Positions 13,001 to 29,996 of a stretch of DNA of 64,000 nt are shown one piece after another. Under the pieces are notes generated by a model. The model had not been told where the DNA came from. It worked only from the letters and a program-made list of their open reading frames with translations, and made no database searches. Source of the stretch: the human T2T-CHM13v2.0 reference genome, Homo sapiens. Made by a program: the position numbers and the translations under genes. Position 1 is the stretch's first letter, and each line of letters begins with the position of its first letter. The stretch lies in the NCBI RefSeq assembly GCF_009914755.1, contig NC_060926.1, one strand, 5' to 3'.

Positions 13001-14058
13001 GTCTGAATACTCAGCTACTAAAAAGAGCTCTCTGCATGGGTCAGAAAACAGCCGCCAGTAGCTCTAAGACTGCACTTGCCTGCAATTCAAGGCAAAAGAG
13101 CTCTGTTATGTAATGATGGGATATCCAGTCTCATGGGAGATTCCAGACTGCAAGCCCTTTAGATCTCTCTGGGAGCCCGAGGTGCAGACTCCACTACCCT
13201 GGGCCTGGCCGGGTGCCCAGTCTGGGAGGTGCTCTGCCTGGCAGCCCCTCAGCCCCACGACTGGTCAGGGAGAGGGGCGGTGGAAGGGCAGACCGACAGG
13301 CCAGACGTCCATGACAAATACTAAGCTGCCAAGGTGTCCTACTGGTGAGTGTTTCCAACAGCTTGCAAGTGAAAGAGACGAGCAAAGCTGCTCTCAATGC
13401 CACGACTTCAGGTCTCATACCCTCCTGGCTGTTCCCTGTTGAACCCAGTCTGAGTGCTGCCAGGGCAGACACCATTCTGTGGAGGAGGCTGAGTCTACAC
13501 CACTCTTCCTGGGAGGGCCAAAACTGACTTAATGTCTTCTAAATGGAACAGCCTGAAGGGCTTGCTGGGAAATAGAGAAAACAGTAAGGGACCAGAGGTA
13601 TGATAAATAATGGAAGACGGGTGGATGGCTAGAAGCTGCGGAGGAGCACCTGGGTAAAAAGGGTTGTTTCAGGAGCAGTTGACAGCTGACAGCTAAGAAT
13701 ATAGTATGTTTGCAGTGAAAGCAAGGGTGTCTCTATAAATAAGCCTGGGGTTAACACTAAGACCTGTGTAATGACAACCAGTGAGACTGTCCCAGACCCT
13801 ACAAGTCAAGGAAGGCAGGCAGGTTCACAGATGATACCTAAAATGACAGGAGACTGTAATAGATTCCTGTATCAGAGTCACGCCTAGTACTGCACATGAA
13901 AAAAAACCACTTCCAGAATACCGTTCCCAATTAGGGTAGCAAGTGTTGATAATTATTGAAGGTAGGTGACAGAGGTATTTGGATGGTCAACAAACCATTC
14001 TCTTGTGTATTTCAAATTTTTTGAAAATTTTCAATTTTAAAAAAGTTATGTTATCTAT

Positions 14059-14368
<310 letters not shown>

Positions 14369-15309
14369 AAGTTGTGTTCTCTATAAATCAACAAGCAACC
14401 CATCTGTGCATGTAAATTTTCTTAATTGAAAAAAGGGAGTGTGGGTATGGATTTCTTCAGAAAGAAGCAGCATATTCAGAAACAGCTGCCTGGAGGACAC
14501 AGTCAGCAAAATGTGGTTGAAACTAATTAAAAGGAAAACATTTCTCTTGATCTTCATACATCTTCTTTGAAGTAAAGATGGAGGTTTTTTTCCTGGGAGA
14601 AAATGCAGGCTGGTTTACAGCATTTCAGTGAATTATGCCAGACCTCCGTGCCCCCAGGATGAAATCTAACCACATGTCCATTCCAGGGTATCTCATTCTG
14701 CATTTGTCATCATCTTCAAGGTCACACTGCCCCCAAAACGTTTCCCAAAATGTGTCTCATGTCACCTAAGTTGTGAGGTGAATAGCAAAAAGGGTTTTGA
14801 GGTTAAAAAAAAAATGTGAGAAAACCCGGTCCTAGCTCCATCCTGGGCAGTGGGAAGGCCTGCGATGAAGACACTGTTTCAGGTAACACAACTGTTGGCT
14901 CTTAGGGCAGAGGCATCTACTGACTCCGAAAATGTTCCATAGAACATTCTTCGGTGAACACCAATGTTGGGGGCTGGGAAGGCCAAGGCAGAGAAGCAAA
15001 AACCCAAGAAGGGCGAACGACTCGAGTCGCTTTAGGAGTCGGAGAGGTGGCTCCACGCTCCTTGGCCGAGTCACCACCAGCAGGCCGGCAGCACGGGCTC
15101 CACACACCCTGACTCCGGAGCTTGGCGTCCCGGGACACAGGGAGGGCGCAAGGCTCAGAGGCGCCCACCCCCACCCAGCCTGCACTCTTCCCCCAGTCTG
15201 CAGGGCGCCCCCCTACCACCCCCTCAAAAGAGAAAAATCACACAGGGTGGGGCAGAGAGCGTGGCACAGGGTGGGAGCGCAGTGCTGTGTGCGCGGAAGG
15301 GGGGTTGCT

Positions 15310-16350
15310 GGTGTGTGGTGTGTGTATGGTGTGTTGTGTGAGGGCAGTGGTGTGTGCATATGGTATGGTGTATGTTGTGTGCTGTGTGTGATGTGTGTCT
15401 GTGGTGTGTGTGGTGTAATGCCTGTTGTATATGGTATGTGTATAGTATGTTGTGTGTTGAATGTGTGTGGTATGTGTATGTTGTGTGGTGTGTGTGATGT
15501 GTCTGTGGTGTGTGTGATGTGTGTGTATACTGTGGTGTGTGTTTGGTGTGTGTAATGCCTGGTGTACGTGGTATGTGTATAGTATGTTGTGTGTTGAATG
15601 TGTCTGGTGTGTGTATGGTGGAGTGTGTATGGTATGGTGTGTTGTGTGTGTTGTGTGGTAAGTGTGGTGTATGGCGTGTGTGGTGTGACATGGGTGTGGT
15701 GTACTGTGTCTGTGGTGTGTAGTGTGTTGTGTGGGGTGTGTGGTATAGTGTGATGTATATGTGTAGTATGGTGTGTGTATGTGGTATCTGTAGTGTAGGG
15801 TGTGATGTGTGGTGTGTGTGGTGTATGTATGGTATGTTGTGTGGTGTGTTTATGGTATGGTGTATGTGTGGTGTGTGTGATGTGTGTATGGTGTGTGGTG
15901 TGTGTTGTATGTGGTGTGTGTGGTATGTGTTGTGTGTGTTGTCTATGGTGTGTGTGGTGTGTGTGCTGTGGTGTATGTGCTGTGTGTGGTGTGTGGTGTG
16001 TATGGTGTGTTGTGTTTGTGTTGTCTATGGTGTGTGGTCTGTTGTGTGTAGTATGTGTGCTGTGTGTGTTGTGTGGTGTGTGATGGGTTTGGTGTGTGTT
16101 GTGTATGGTGTGTTATGTGTGTGTTGTCTGTGGTGTGTGTTGTGTGTGGTGTGGTGTGTGGTGTGTGTTGTGTGTGGTGTGCTGTGTGGTATGTGTTGTG
16201 TGGTGTGTATGGTGTGTGGTGTGTGGCGAATTGTGTGTTGTGTGTTGTGTATGGTGTGTGTTGTCTGGTGTGTGGTGAATTGTGTGGTGTGTGTGGTGTG
16301 TGTGGCGTGTTGTATATGGTGTGTTGTGTGTGTGTGTGTGTGTGCGCGCG
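15310..16350. repeat. ~1-kb degenerate TG-rich simple repeat ending in (TG)n(CG)n
   Basis: Direct inspection; source of the many Cys/Val and His/Thr ORFs. Confidence 0.95.
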
Positions 16351-16960
16351 CCCTTGCGTCTGCACAGGTGCTGGAGGAGCCGTCTGCGTCTGGGGAGCTT
16401 GTGGGCCGAGGCGGTGGGAGGCTGGTGGGCGGCGGCGCAGAGTCCGGAACCGTCTGCTGAGCTCCTGGCCCAGCGCTCCTCAGCCCGCGGGGATCCCACC
16501 CTCATCTTGAGCCTCTGGGGAGGACCGAGAGTGAACGCTTCTCCAGCCGGGCTGCCTGCGGCTCTCTCGGGTGTAGGGCACAGCAGCCCGATGCCAAAGC
16601 CGGGCCTGGCTGCTCCACCTCACGGGCCACCTCAGGGGGTGTGTCACACTGAGAAACGCCGCCCGCCCGCAGAGTGACGCCTGGACCCTGGCCTCTCATC
16701 ACACTAAGATCCCCGCTGAGGCCTGCGCGCTGCTCCGTGACCCTTCCTTTGTGCGCATGCCCTGCACTCTGCCCACACGTGCAGGGGCATTCACCACACT
16801 GGGGAGCTCTGCGCGTCGCCCTCCTGGAGACTGCAGTGCACGCCCCTGGGGAGCCTGCGAGCCCCCGCCCCTGTGCCACCTCCCTCGTGCCCACCTTCCC
16901 GGGCGCAGCTCTAAACGGCCTTGTCGGGGAAACTCGCCCGGCCATATGTTGACTTCTAAC
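16351..16960. promoter_or_regulatory. Orphan CpG-rich segment, candidate regulatory element
   Basis: High CpG density, GGGCGG box, TGCGCATGCC NRF1-like site near 16753, E-box cacgtg near 16776; no coding exon recognised. Confidence 0.45.
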
Positions 16961-18089
16961 ACGTTGAGAGCCAAGAGCCACATGGCCACATGTGGACATC
17001 ACTTCCTAATGACCCGCAGGACTCCACTGCAACACGGAGCTGTCGTTTATGTAAATGCACTTCTATTGTTGCTTTTTAGATTTTTGCTGTTTGTGACTTT
17101 TATAAATAATGTTTCAAAAACATTCTTGTTCATGTTTTATCCACTTTTATTATTTACTTAAGATAAATTTTAAAACGCACCTATCTATACCTGTGCAAGA
17201 CACTGTCCTGGGGGGAAGTGTGTGAAGGAGACCCAGGGCCTCCTTGCACTTTTTCTGCACCTGCCTGTGAATCGATACTTATTTAAAAATACGTAGTTTT
17301 AACATCACGTTAGCTTCAACAACGAACGGTGCTGGAACAAGTGAATATCCCACAAAATACATATGCACACGAAACTTGGCTTATCTTCTTTAATTTAGCC
17401 TGAAGGAACTAATTTTCTGAATTTAAAATGCAGAAGCTGGATTTGTAGCTTGAACCTGTGGTCCCAGCCGCTCAGGAGGCAGAGGTGGGAGGATCGCCCC
17501 AGCCCAGGAGGTCCAGGCCGCGGAGCGCGGTGATCGCGCCGCTGCACTCCAGCCTGGGCCAACACCAACCACCACACCACCACCACATGTATGTAGTTGT
17601 TTGCCATGACTGTTACTGTACAAATTGTGGAAGGAAGAAATATGTACTAAAATCTCCAGTGGGACCCGCATGTCCCTACTGACAGACATTTCAAGACACC
17701 TGAAACTCTGAAGCAGTCTCGTGATGTGCGCAAAAGGCCCCCATTCTGTGTGCCTCACGCGGGGCAAAGCTCTGGGCCTGGCGGCACTGGCCACCCTGCC
17801 AGCCTCAGGATCACCCAGGGCAAAGCATCGCCCTTCACTGCCCCTGCCCTCTGTCTCCCATCTCACCTGCCTGCACTCCTCTGTGTATGGTGCCCTGGGA
17901 CACAACGCCAGCGATCTCTGAACGGGCACCCATTCTCTCCCTCCAGCCCTGTCAGTCCACTGCTGTGCCCTGGCCCGGCCCCGTTGCCACCATTGCAGTG
18001 AGCCACAGGAAGGGCCCCCACCCTGGACTGGGTGGTCCACACTGCAAATGACCCCGGCCCACAGCGGGGCTTAGGCAGGCACCATTTTC

Positions 18090-19890
18090 TGCTGAAATGC
18101 AAGGAATCCCTTTTCCTAAAGGCCAGAAACACATCTAACTGATGGTGCTTAGCTTGGAGGCACTCACTACCAATTTATCACCCGAATGGAAAATGTTGAG
18201 GGAGTGCTAGATGAGGCCATGAGATGTGAGACTGTGTAAGCGACACAGTGTGGGGAAGAAGGAATGAGAGTATTAGTAGTAGTACTACGGGGAAGAAGGA
18301 ATGAGAGTATTAGTAGTAGTAGTATGGGGAAGAAAGAATGAGAGTTTTATTATTAGTAGGATGGGGAAGAAGGAATGAGAGTATTATTATTAGTGGGGGG
18401 GGAGAAGGAATGAGAGTATTAGTAGTAGTATGGGGAAGAAGGAATGAGAGTATTATTATTAGTAGGATGGGGAAGAAGGAATGAGAGTATTATTATTAGT
18501 AGGAGGGGGAAGAAGGAATGAGAGTATTAGTAGTAGTAGTACGGGGAAGAAGGAATGAGAGTATTAGTAGTAGTAGTATGGGGAAGAAAGAATGAGAGTT
18601 TTATTATTAGTAGGACGGGGAAGAAGGAATGAGAGTATTATTATTAGTAGGGGGAAGAAGGAATGAGAGTATTATTATTAGTAGGGGGGAAGAAGGAATG
18701 AGAGTATTAGTAGTATGAGGAAGAAGGAATGAGAGTATTATTATTAGTAGGATGGGGAAGAAGGAATGAGAGTATTATTATTAGTAGGAGGGAAGAAGGA
18801 ATGAGAGTATTAGTAGTAGTATGAGGAAGAAGGAATGAGAGTATTATTATTAGGATGGGGAAGAAGGAATGAGAGTATTATTATTAGTAGGAGGGAAGAA
18901 GGAATGAGAGTATTAGTAGTAGTAGGAAGAAGGAATGAGAGTATTATTAGTAGTAGTAGGAAGAAGGAATGAGAGTATTAGTAGTAGTAGGAAGAAGGAA
19001 TGAGAGTATTATTAGTAGTAGGATGGGGAAGAAGGAATGAGAGTATTATTATTAGTAGGGGGGAAGAAGGAATGAGAGTATTAGTAGTAGTAGGAAGAAG
19101 GAATGAGAGTATTATTAGTAGTAGGAAGAAGGAATGAGAGTATTAGTAGTAGTAGGAAGAAGGAATGAGAGTATTATTAGTAGTAGGATGGGGAAGAAGG
19201 AATGAGAGTATTATTATTAGTAGGGGGGAAGAAGGAATGAGAGTATTAGTAGTAGTATGAGGAAGAAGGAATGAGAGTATTATTATTAGTAGGATGGGGA
19301 AGAAGGAATGAGAGTATTATTATTAGTAGGAAGGAAGAAGGAATGAGAGTATTAGTAGTAGTAGGAAGAAGGAATGAGAGTATTATTATTAGTAGGATGG
19401 GGAAGAAGGAATGAGAGTATTATTATTAGTAGGGGGGAAGAAGGAATGAGAGTATTAGTAGTAGTGTGAGGAAGAAGGAATGAGAGTATTAGTAGGATGG
19501 GGAAGAAGGAATGAGAGTATTATTATTAGTAGGAGGGGGAAGAAGGAATGAGAGTATTATTAGTAGTAGTATGGGGAAGGAGGAATGAGAGTATTATTAT
19601 TAGGATGGGGAAGAAGGAATGAGAGTATTATTATTAGTAGGAGGGGGAAGAAGGAATGAGAGTATTAGTAGTAGGATGGGGAAGAAGGAATGAGAGTATT
19701 ATTATTAGCAGATGATGGGATTGCATACCTGGAAAACTCAAGGAAATTAACAGGAAAAGTGTTAAGACACAGTAGGAGAGTAAGCAGGTATTGTTACAAA
19801 ACAGTGGCTTTTCCGTATAAACAAGAACAGTTTCTAACAGCCTTAATAATTGCATTAAAAAGCAAATTAAGTTGGAACAAACTTAATATG
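18090..19890 (+). mobile_element. Ancient L1 ORF2 (reverse transcriptase) fragment hosting the VNTR
   Basis: Left flank translates VLDEAMRCE...GEEG and right flank GEEGMRVLLLADDGIAYLENS...TVAFPY, compared with L1 VLARAIRQE...[21 protein letters not shown]...SVAFLY. Confidence 0.7.
18252..19708. repeat. Minisatellite/VNTR, ~42 units of ~31-40 bp, core GGAAGAAGGAATGAGAGTATTA(TTA/GTA)n
   Basis: 42 occurrences of gaatgagag counted by eye; almost no C on the plus strand. Confidence 0.95.
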
Positions 19891-20019
19891 CCCTAAAACT
19901 CTGCTGCCACCCTGTGCTTCCAGCATTTGCAGAAATTTGGATACAGCGGCTCTGTTCCTTTTGAGTCCGTGCAAAACTCAGGGACACTCTTCCAAGGACA
20001 GGATTTTCTAGCTCCCCAT

Positions 20020-20253
<234 letters not shown>

Positions 20254-20447
20254 TCATCATTAAAAAGCTGTGGGTGGGAAGTCTACAGCTATTTTAATTA
20301 TAAACCTGATAGGAAAAAGTTACGTTTCCAGAAGCTGCTCATTAAATGTTTTGAAGAGTGTTTATTTGGAAGTTGTATCCAAGTTTTCTACCTATGGTCT
20401 TTGGTCTTCCCTAACACTTTGTACTTTATTTGTGCTATAAGTACAAT

Positions 20448-20974
20448 TGTTGTAGAAGCCCAAATACCAGGTTCATGTACCTGCCGTATAGCTGAGGCCG
20501 AACACTGCGACATAGGTGTCTGGAGACAGAGAAAGGTTTATTCCATTTGGCCAAAGCAAGAAGACAAGACAGCAAGATTTCTCAAATCCCCTTGACAAAG
20601 AGATAAGGAGAGGGTTTTTATGCAGCTGACGAGTCAGGGAAGGGGAGTTTTGGGGAATGGAGGGAAAGTCCGTGTGTCTTCCGTGTCAGCTAACACTTCG
20701 AGCAGCCAGACCTCCGGGTGTCAGCACCTGGTCGCAGCACTTTCAAGGCATTCACTCCGTCTGCAAACATTTCTCATGACCCTCATGTTATCTCCTCCCG
20801 TTTGACAAAGAAACAGTAGATCAGCAGTTTATAATGATGCTGTGGGAACAAGAAATAATGGGTACAAAGCGAGTGGTTCACAGGTGCCAGCCAGAGAGGG
20901 CCCGATCAGAACGTTCATTATTTCAGTCACTCACTGAAACATGCTGAGTGCTGAACTCCCAAGGGGCCCCGTTA
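20448..20974 (-). mobile_element. Probable ERV LTR (subfamily not assigned)
   Basis: LTR-like composition; minus-strand AATAAA (aggtttatt at ~20536); TG/CA-like ends. Confidence 0.4.
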
Positions 20975-20976
20975 CT

Positions 20977-21280
20977 CAGCCTCGCATCCCTTGACTGGGA
21001 TAGGTTCTAAGGAAGGTGTCCTTAGGTGATTTCACACCCCTAGATGGTACAGCCCACTACACACCCGGGCCACGTGGCACAGCCTATGGCTTCTGGGCTA
21101 TAAACCTGTACAGCAGGTCACTGCTCTGAATCCTGCAGGCAACTGTCACACAATGGTAAGGATTTGTGTATCTAAGCATAGGAAAGTTACAGCAAAAACA
21201 CGGTATCATCATCTGACGAGGCCCCTGTTGAATATGCAGTGCATCATTGACAGAAATGTTGCTATGCAGTGCATGATTGC
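20977..21280 (+). mobile_element. Tigger3 (MER7/Golem) DNA transposon
   Basis: ctagatggtacagcccactacacacc...ctataaacctgtacagca...acacaatggtaag...gcagtgcatgattg. Confidence 0.75.
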
Positions 21281-22149
21281 ATGTAAAGAATTTAGTGAAA
21301 GTGTTCACTGAGGCCCAAAGAGATGCACCCAACAACGCCCTCCATTTGGCCCTGATGTGCTGTAGAAATCATATTTTCTAGCCGTACCCTGACATTATAA
21401 AGGCTGGGAGGCACCGCACTAAGGGGCATGGAGGCGCTCTCCCGCGCAGACAGGACTGATGGAGCTGCTCACCCTTCGGGCAGAGCGAGGCGAGAACCCA
21501 GGCCTCTGTGCCCACAGAGAAGCCGATCGTGCTGCCTCAGGGGAAGGGAAAGGACGCATAAAATGTCACCCGGGCCTTTTCTCCAAAGAGAGCCGCGAGG
21601 CTTGCTCCTTCCTCACACTGCCCTCTCAGAGCTCACCTCTCCTGGCACAGCCTGGTGCCAACAAACATCTTGCAAGCACTGACTGAGCCCCGGCCAGAAG
21701 TCTGGTTCTGTTCCAAGAGCTGGGAACCAAGAAGGGAGCAGAGAGATAAAACTTCTGCCACAGGGAGTTTATTTTCTAGGTAGGGAAACAGACCAAAATA
21801 CATGCAAATAAAACCAGCGGAAAGCAGCCCACTGATGTGCTGGTCGATGTCTCACAGCAGCTCTGGGGGATGGCGGCCCCTGACCTGCAGCACTGGCTGA
21901 TTTCTGCGGTGTGAGTCCTCCCACTACAGCCACCTCCAAACTCCCTGTGTGAAGGCACTGACCACGGAGTGGGGAAGGGGCCTCACTGCTGGCCCTCCTG
22001 GGCTGCTACGAGTCGGCTCAGGCACACCTGAGAGTTCCACAGTGACAAGTTACAGGAGAAGGAAGGTGAGCCAGGAGTTGCAATGTTTATGGGGAGAGAT
22101 ACATTTATGGGGAGAGATACGGGAGGTGTCACTAAGAAAGTGCCATTTG

Positions 22150-24030
<1,881 letters not shown>

Positions 24031-25254
24031 TTTTTACAAAGAAAGTTCCATCTGAGTAAAGCCCAGGCAGTGGAACAGCAAAGCCCCTGAGGCAGGAGGT
24101 TCCCAGCACATTGAGGAACGGCAGTAAGAGCCGCATGGCTGGAGTTGGCAAGTGCAGGTGAGGTGTGGGGTGGGGACAGGGGGACACCTGTGGGTGTGGG
24201 GGAGGAATTTGCATTTTATTCTGAGAGGGACAAGGAAGTCACGGGAGGGTCCTGAGCACAGCAGCGACGTGATCTGACATGGTTTGAAAGTGCCATCCTG
24301 GCTGCTACCTGGAGAGGGAGGAGCTGGGGGAGAAGGTGCGAACCCACCAGGAGCTCTGCACTAGTACAGGCAGGGAAGGACGCAGCCTGCAGTGGAGGTT
24401 AGGGCTGATCAGACTAGAGATGTGTTGAAAATGGAACCAAAAGCCTGTGCTGGCAAACTGAACAGGGTAGGACACACAGCGGGGTCCAGGCGTGAGCACT
24501 GTCGGTCCCGGCCACGAGAGAGCCAGCACCAGGTCCTGTACTGACCACAGACACGTCACTGCCCCAAGACAGGGCGGTCGTGTGCTGCTCAGATGGTTAA
24601 AACAGAAAAAGAACATTGCCAGCAGAGGGAGGGCCCAGAGACTAGAGCAGGATCTCTCTGCCTCTTACTTTACACATTAGAGAAAGGAAAGGACTTGTGG
24701 AAAAATACTAATTTCATTGCACTCACAGAGTAGAGAATTTTAAAAGAATGACGTGTGTGGCTTTATCTGGTGAGTCACATGTCATACAGGGAAGAACGGT
24801 CGGCCTAGAGTCAGAGGAGCTGACTCGGCTGCAGTTTCCTCCCTGTAAAATAAAACAAATGGGCCTTGACAAAGACCTTCCCGGACCAAGCTTGCGTCCA
24901 CCGCTCCGAGTCCCCTCCCCTCTGGGACCAAGCTTGAGTCCACCCCTCCGAGTCCCCTCGTGGACCAGGCTCTGACCTTGGGCTCTGTCCTGGGCTGGCT
25001 CCGTTTGAGCAAATCCTGCTGAGCCTGCTTGGGGAAACCCACCCTGACTCCTGACGTTTCCACTTAGGAATTTCTGTCCACAGGCCCCACCCCTGCTCCG
25101 GGGCTGTCAGCTCCCACCCATCCCTGTACTCGGATTTGAGCCCCATCTCTCTCCTTTTCTGCAAAACCTCACTGGAGTGGGCCCTTGAATAATGCCTCTT
25201 CACACCCTTAACAAGAATTTCCTTTTTTTCTTTACCAAGCATCCCAACCTACCA

Positions 25255-25625
25255 TTTCAGCCTGCTCAGGCTGCTGGGACAAAATACCACAGGCTCGGGG
25301 GCTTGAAACAACAGAAATCTATTTTCTCCCAGTTCTGGAGGCTGCAAGTCTCAGGTCAAGGTTCCCGCTGGTTCCGTTTCTGCAGAGGCTCCTTCCTGGC
25401 TCGCAGAGGCTGGTGCGTGGTCTGTCCCGGGAGAGTGCCCCTGCAGGCAGGAGGGAGCACGAGCACTCTGGGGTCTCTCCTTATAGGGACACCCATCCCA
25501 TCGGGTCAGGGCCTCCCCACCCTTATAACCTTAACCCCAGTACCTCCTTAGAGGCCCCTCTCCAAATGGCCACGCCAGGGATTAGGGGTTTGACATGAAT
25601 TTTGGGGGATCCATTCAGTTCCTAA
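25255..25625 (-). mobile_element. MLT1 MaLR LTR
   Basis: gctgctgggacaaaataccacaggct...acaacagaaatctattttctcccagttctggaggct...catgaattttggggg. Confidence 0.75.
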
Positions 25626-25969
25626 ATGTGATCCCCATCAATTTTCTTCTGGGTTTCAAAATGTTAGGTTAAAGCATGTTGTCTACCTAAAAGGAGCACA
25701 CTACATATTATACGAATCTCAGATACACACACTGTGCCATGTCACAGAGTTTCACAGAGCAGATGGGAGCTGCAAAGACTGGGGTGGGATCTGAACACCT
25801 CAGCTAAGCATGTGTCCACCTGGCCACTGGGGTTTCTGCTGGTCAGAGTCCCACAGCACCGATGCCCTTTACCTGCCCTCTTTGAAGGCTGACCTTTCGA
25901 ATATTTTTTATCAAATATTTATTAACAGGTATTACAACATGATTCAAAGATCAAGGTAACATATAAAAA

Positions 25970-26890
<921 letters not shown>

Positions 26891-28776
26891 ATATATAATA
26901 TATATATATAAAAGATAAAAAGATAGCATACAAAGACGCACACCCCAGCAAGTCTCATTACCGCCCTGTTCCCACCCACAGCATCCTCTCCCCATTCCCA
27001 GTGTAATAGAGTAATACTTCACTGTTTGTGAATTTTTATTTATCCTCTTTGACACAAAAGGCAGCCTGCTGTAACATGAATCAGGTACTTTCCTTTTTCC
27101 ACTTAACAGTGCCCAGAGCACCTTCTGGTCTGTGGGTACTTATGGGGTCTGTCACTCTAACGCTGTTTATTCCACGGCCGCTTCAGGTCCCAGTATAGTT
27201 TCCAGTTCTCTGATATTAAAAACCTGGTCATCTTTTATTTTTATGTGTGCAAGGTGTATCTACAGCATACAATCTGCAGAGTGGGGACTGGTGGATTAAA
27301 CATCAAAGCATTTGTAATTCTGAGAGTGGGCCATGCCTCTGTCTGGTGTTGAGTGGTGCCCATCCGCACTCAGCACCAACACAGGTGAGCACACGTTTCC
27401 AGGCAGCCTCAGCAACATATGCACTGTTGCTAATATCATACAGAGAAATGATGTCTTGGTGTTTTAATTTGCATTCTCTCGTGAGTAAAGCCGAGCATCT
27501 TTTCATTCCTAAAGGGCCATGAGTATTTCTTTTTCTGTAAACAATTTGGCCAATCCATTCTTCTGAGTTGTTAGTTTTTTTTCAATTTCTAGTTCTTATA
27601 TATTAGGGAAATTAGTCCTTTGTGATATGAGTTGCAACTTCTTTTCCTAGTTTGTTTTTGCTTATGGCTCTTCAAAACCTTTTTATTTATACGTAGTCTT
27701 CTTTCATGGTTGCTGGATGTTAAATCCTAGGTTAAAGACCCTTGTTTACTGTTGAGGTACTGCTTTTAATATACACGAATCTGTGCATATTTAGGTTTAG
27801 AGAACAGCTCTGTCAGCTGCGGGCAGAGACAGCGGTCCACTTGCCCTGTTTCCCACTTCATTCATATTTGTCTTTGTCCAAAACCCTACCACCATATACT
27901 GGCGGCTTCCCGTATCACCAAAGAATCTTAATTTGGGGGCGTATTTTGATGAAAGTTGTTCTTTGACAAATACTTATGTCAACACAATATCAGAGTCACC
28001 TTGTGCCAATTCCTGTCTCTCAATGGGCAATTAAGAACCAAAGCTGCTTGAACGAGCTGGCCAGCATAGTCAACGCCTTCTGTGTGCCAGGAGACACAAT
28101 GCAGGCAGATGCAGCCGGCCCTCCCCATGTTACCCCTGAGTGTTTACGAACTGAGGAACCACGACCACCACGATCATTGCTACGTGTTTTGTTCTGATGA
28201 CATCCTGAGTTCTGAATGTCGGCTCATCACGTTATTAAAAAAGGGGCTTTAGTTGAGTGACCTATTCCTTCTTGCTCCAGAACTACTAGAATATTAGAAT
28301 TAGGAAAAAGACCAGAAATCTACCCCGAGGCCCTCCTTTTCAGCCACAGCATCTGTGGCCCAGACTTGCTCAACTTGAAATGAACATCACCTGAAATCAG
28401 GAGTGCAGCTTTCATTGGTTCCTATTTACAGTTACCCAAGCTGTCCACCAGCCAGGAGGGCTTTTTCTTTCTCGTTTTGTTTGACCTCCGGCTTCGTGCA
28501 CTTTTGTGCCTGTCCTACAAGATGGCAGAGTGGCTACCTTCAGGCTTCAGCAATGGGGTGACACCGTGACGCTCCAGTACCGGCAGACACCAGGAGGGGA
28601 GTTCTGCACAAAGAACATTTCTTCAACGGCCTCTATTTGTGCGGCACGAACATCCTATTAAAGCAGCACCAGTTGAAAGCTTATATATTCCACAATATGT
28701 AGCACAATCTGATATGACAGTCACTCAAATATTTTGATTTGGAGCTGATGAAGATGCAATTATATATCATTGTTAA

Positions 28777-29235
<459 letters not shown>

Positions 29236-29584
29236 AACATCATCTGTGTTGTGAAAATCCCACAGACCGTAAAGTTTCTAAAGGCACAACTTTTCATCTA
29301 TTTCCAATTCTGGTTCAATTTTTTTTTTTTTAAATCACAGATTCTCAGAAGACAGAGGCAGCAGCAGGAGCATGCTTTTTGAATCTTCTCAAATCCCCAC
29401 CTAAAAACAGAACTACTAAACAGCAAAACCAAAAAACTTATGGACATTTGTAACAGAATGAGGTGACAAGTGTTGACAAGGATGTGGAGTGAACTGGAAC
29501 TCTCCTGCCTGACTGGAGGGAATGTAAAGTGTAAAGTTCACACTTGGAAAAGTTTCACAGTTTCTTAAAAAGCACACACCAGCT

Positions 29585-29996
<412 letters not shown>

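Noticed and set aside
14932-16510. Cys/Val-rich and His/Thr-rich ORFs (metallothionein- or keratin-associated-like)
   Set aside because: Translations of a TG/CA simple repeat
22086-22120. 18-bp tandem duplication tttatggggagagatac
   Set aside because: Ordinary slippage duplication
24883-24968. About two copies of a ~40-bp repeat
   Set aside because: Too short; no associated motif or structure
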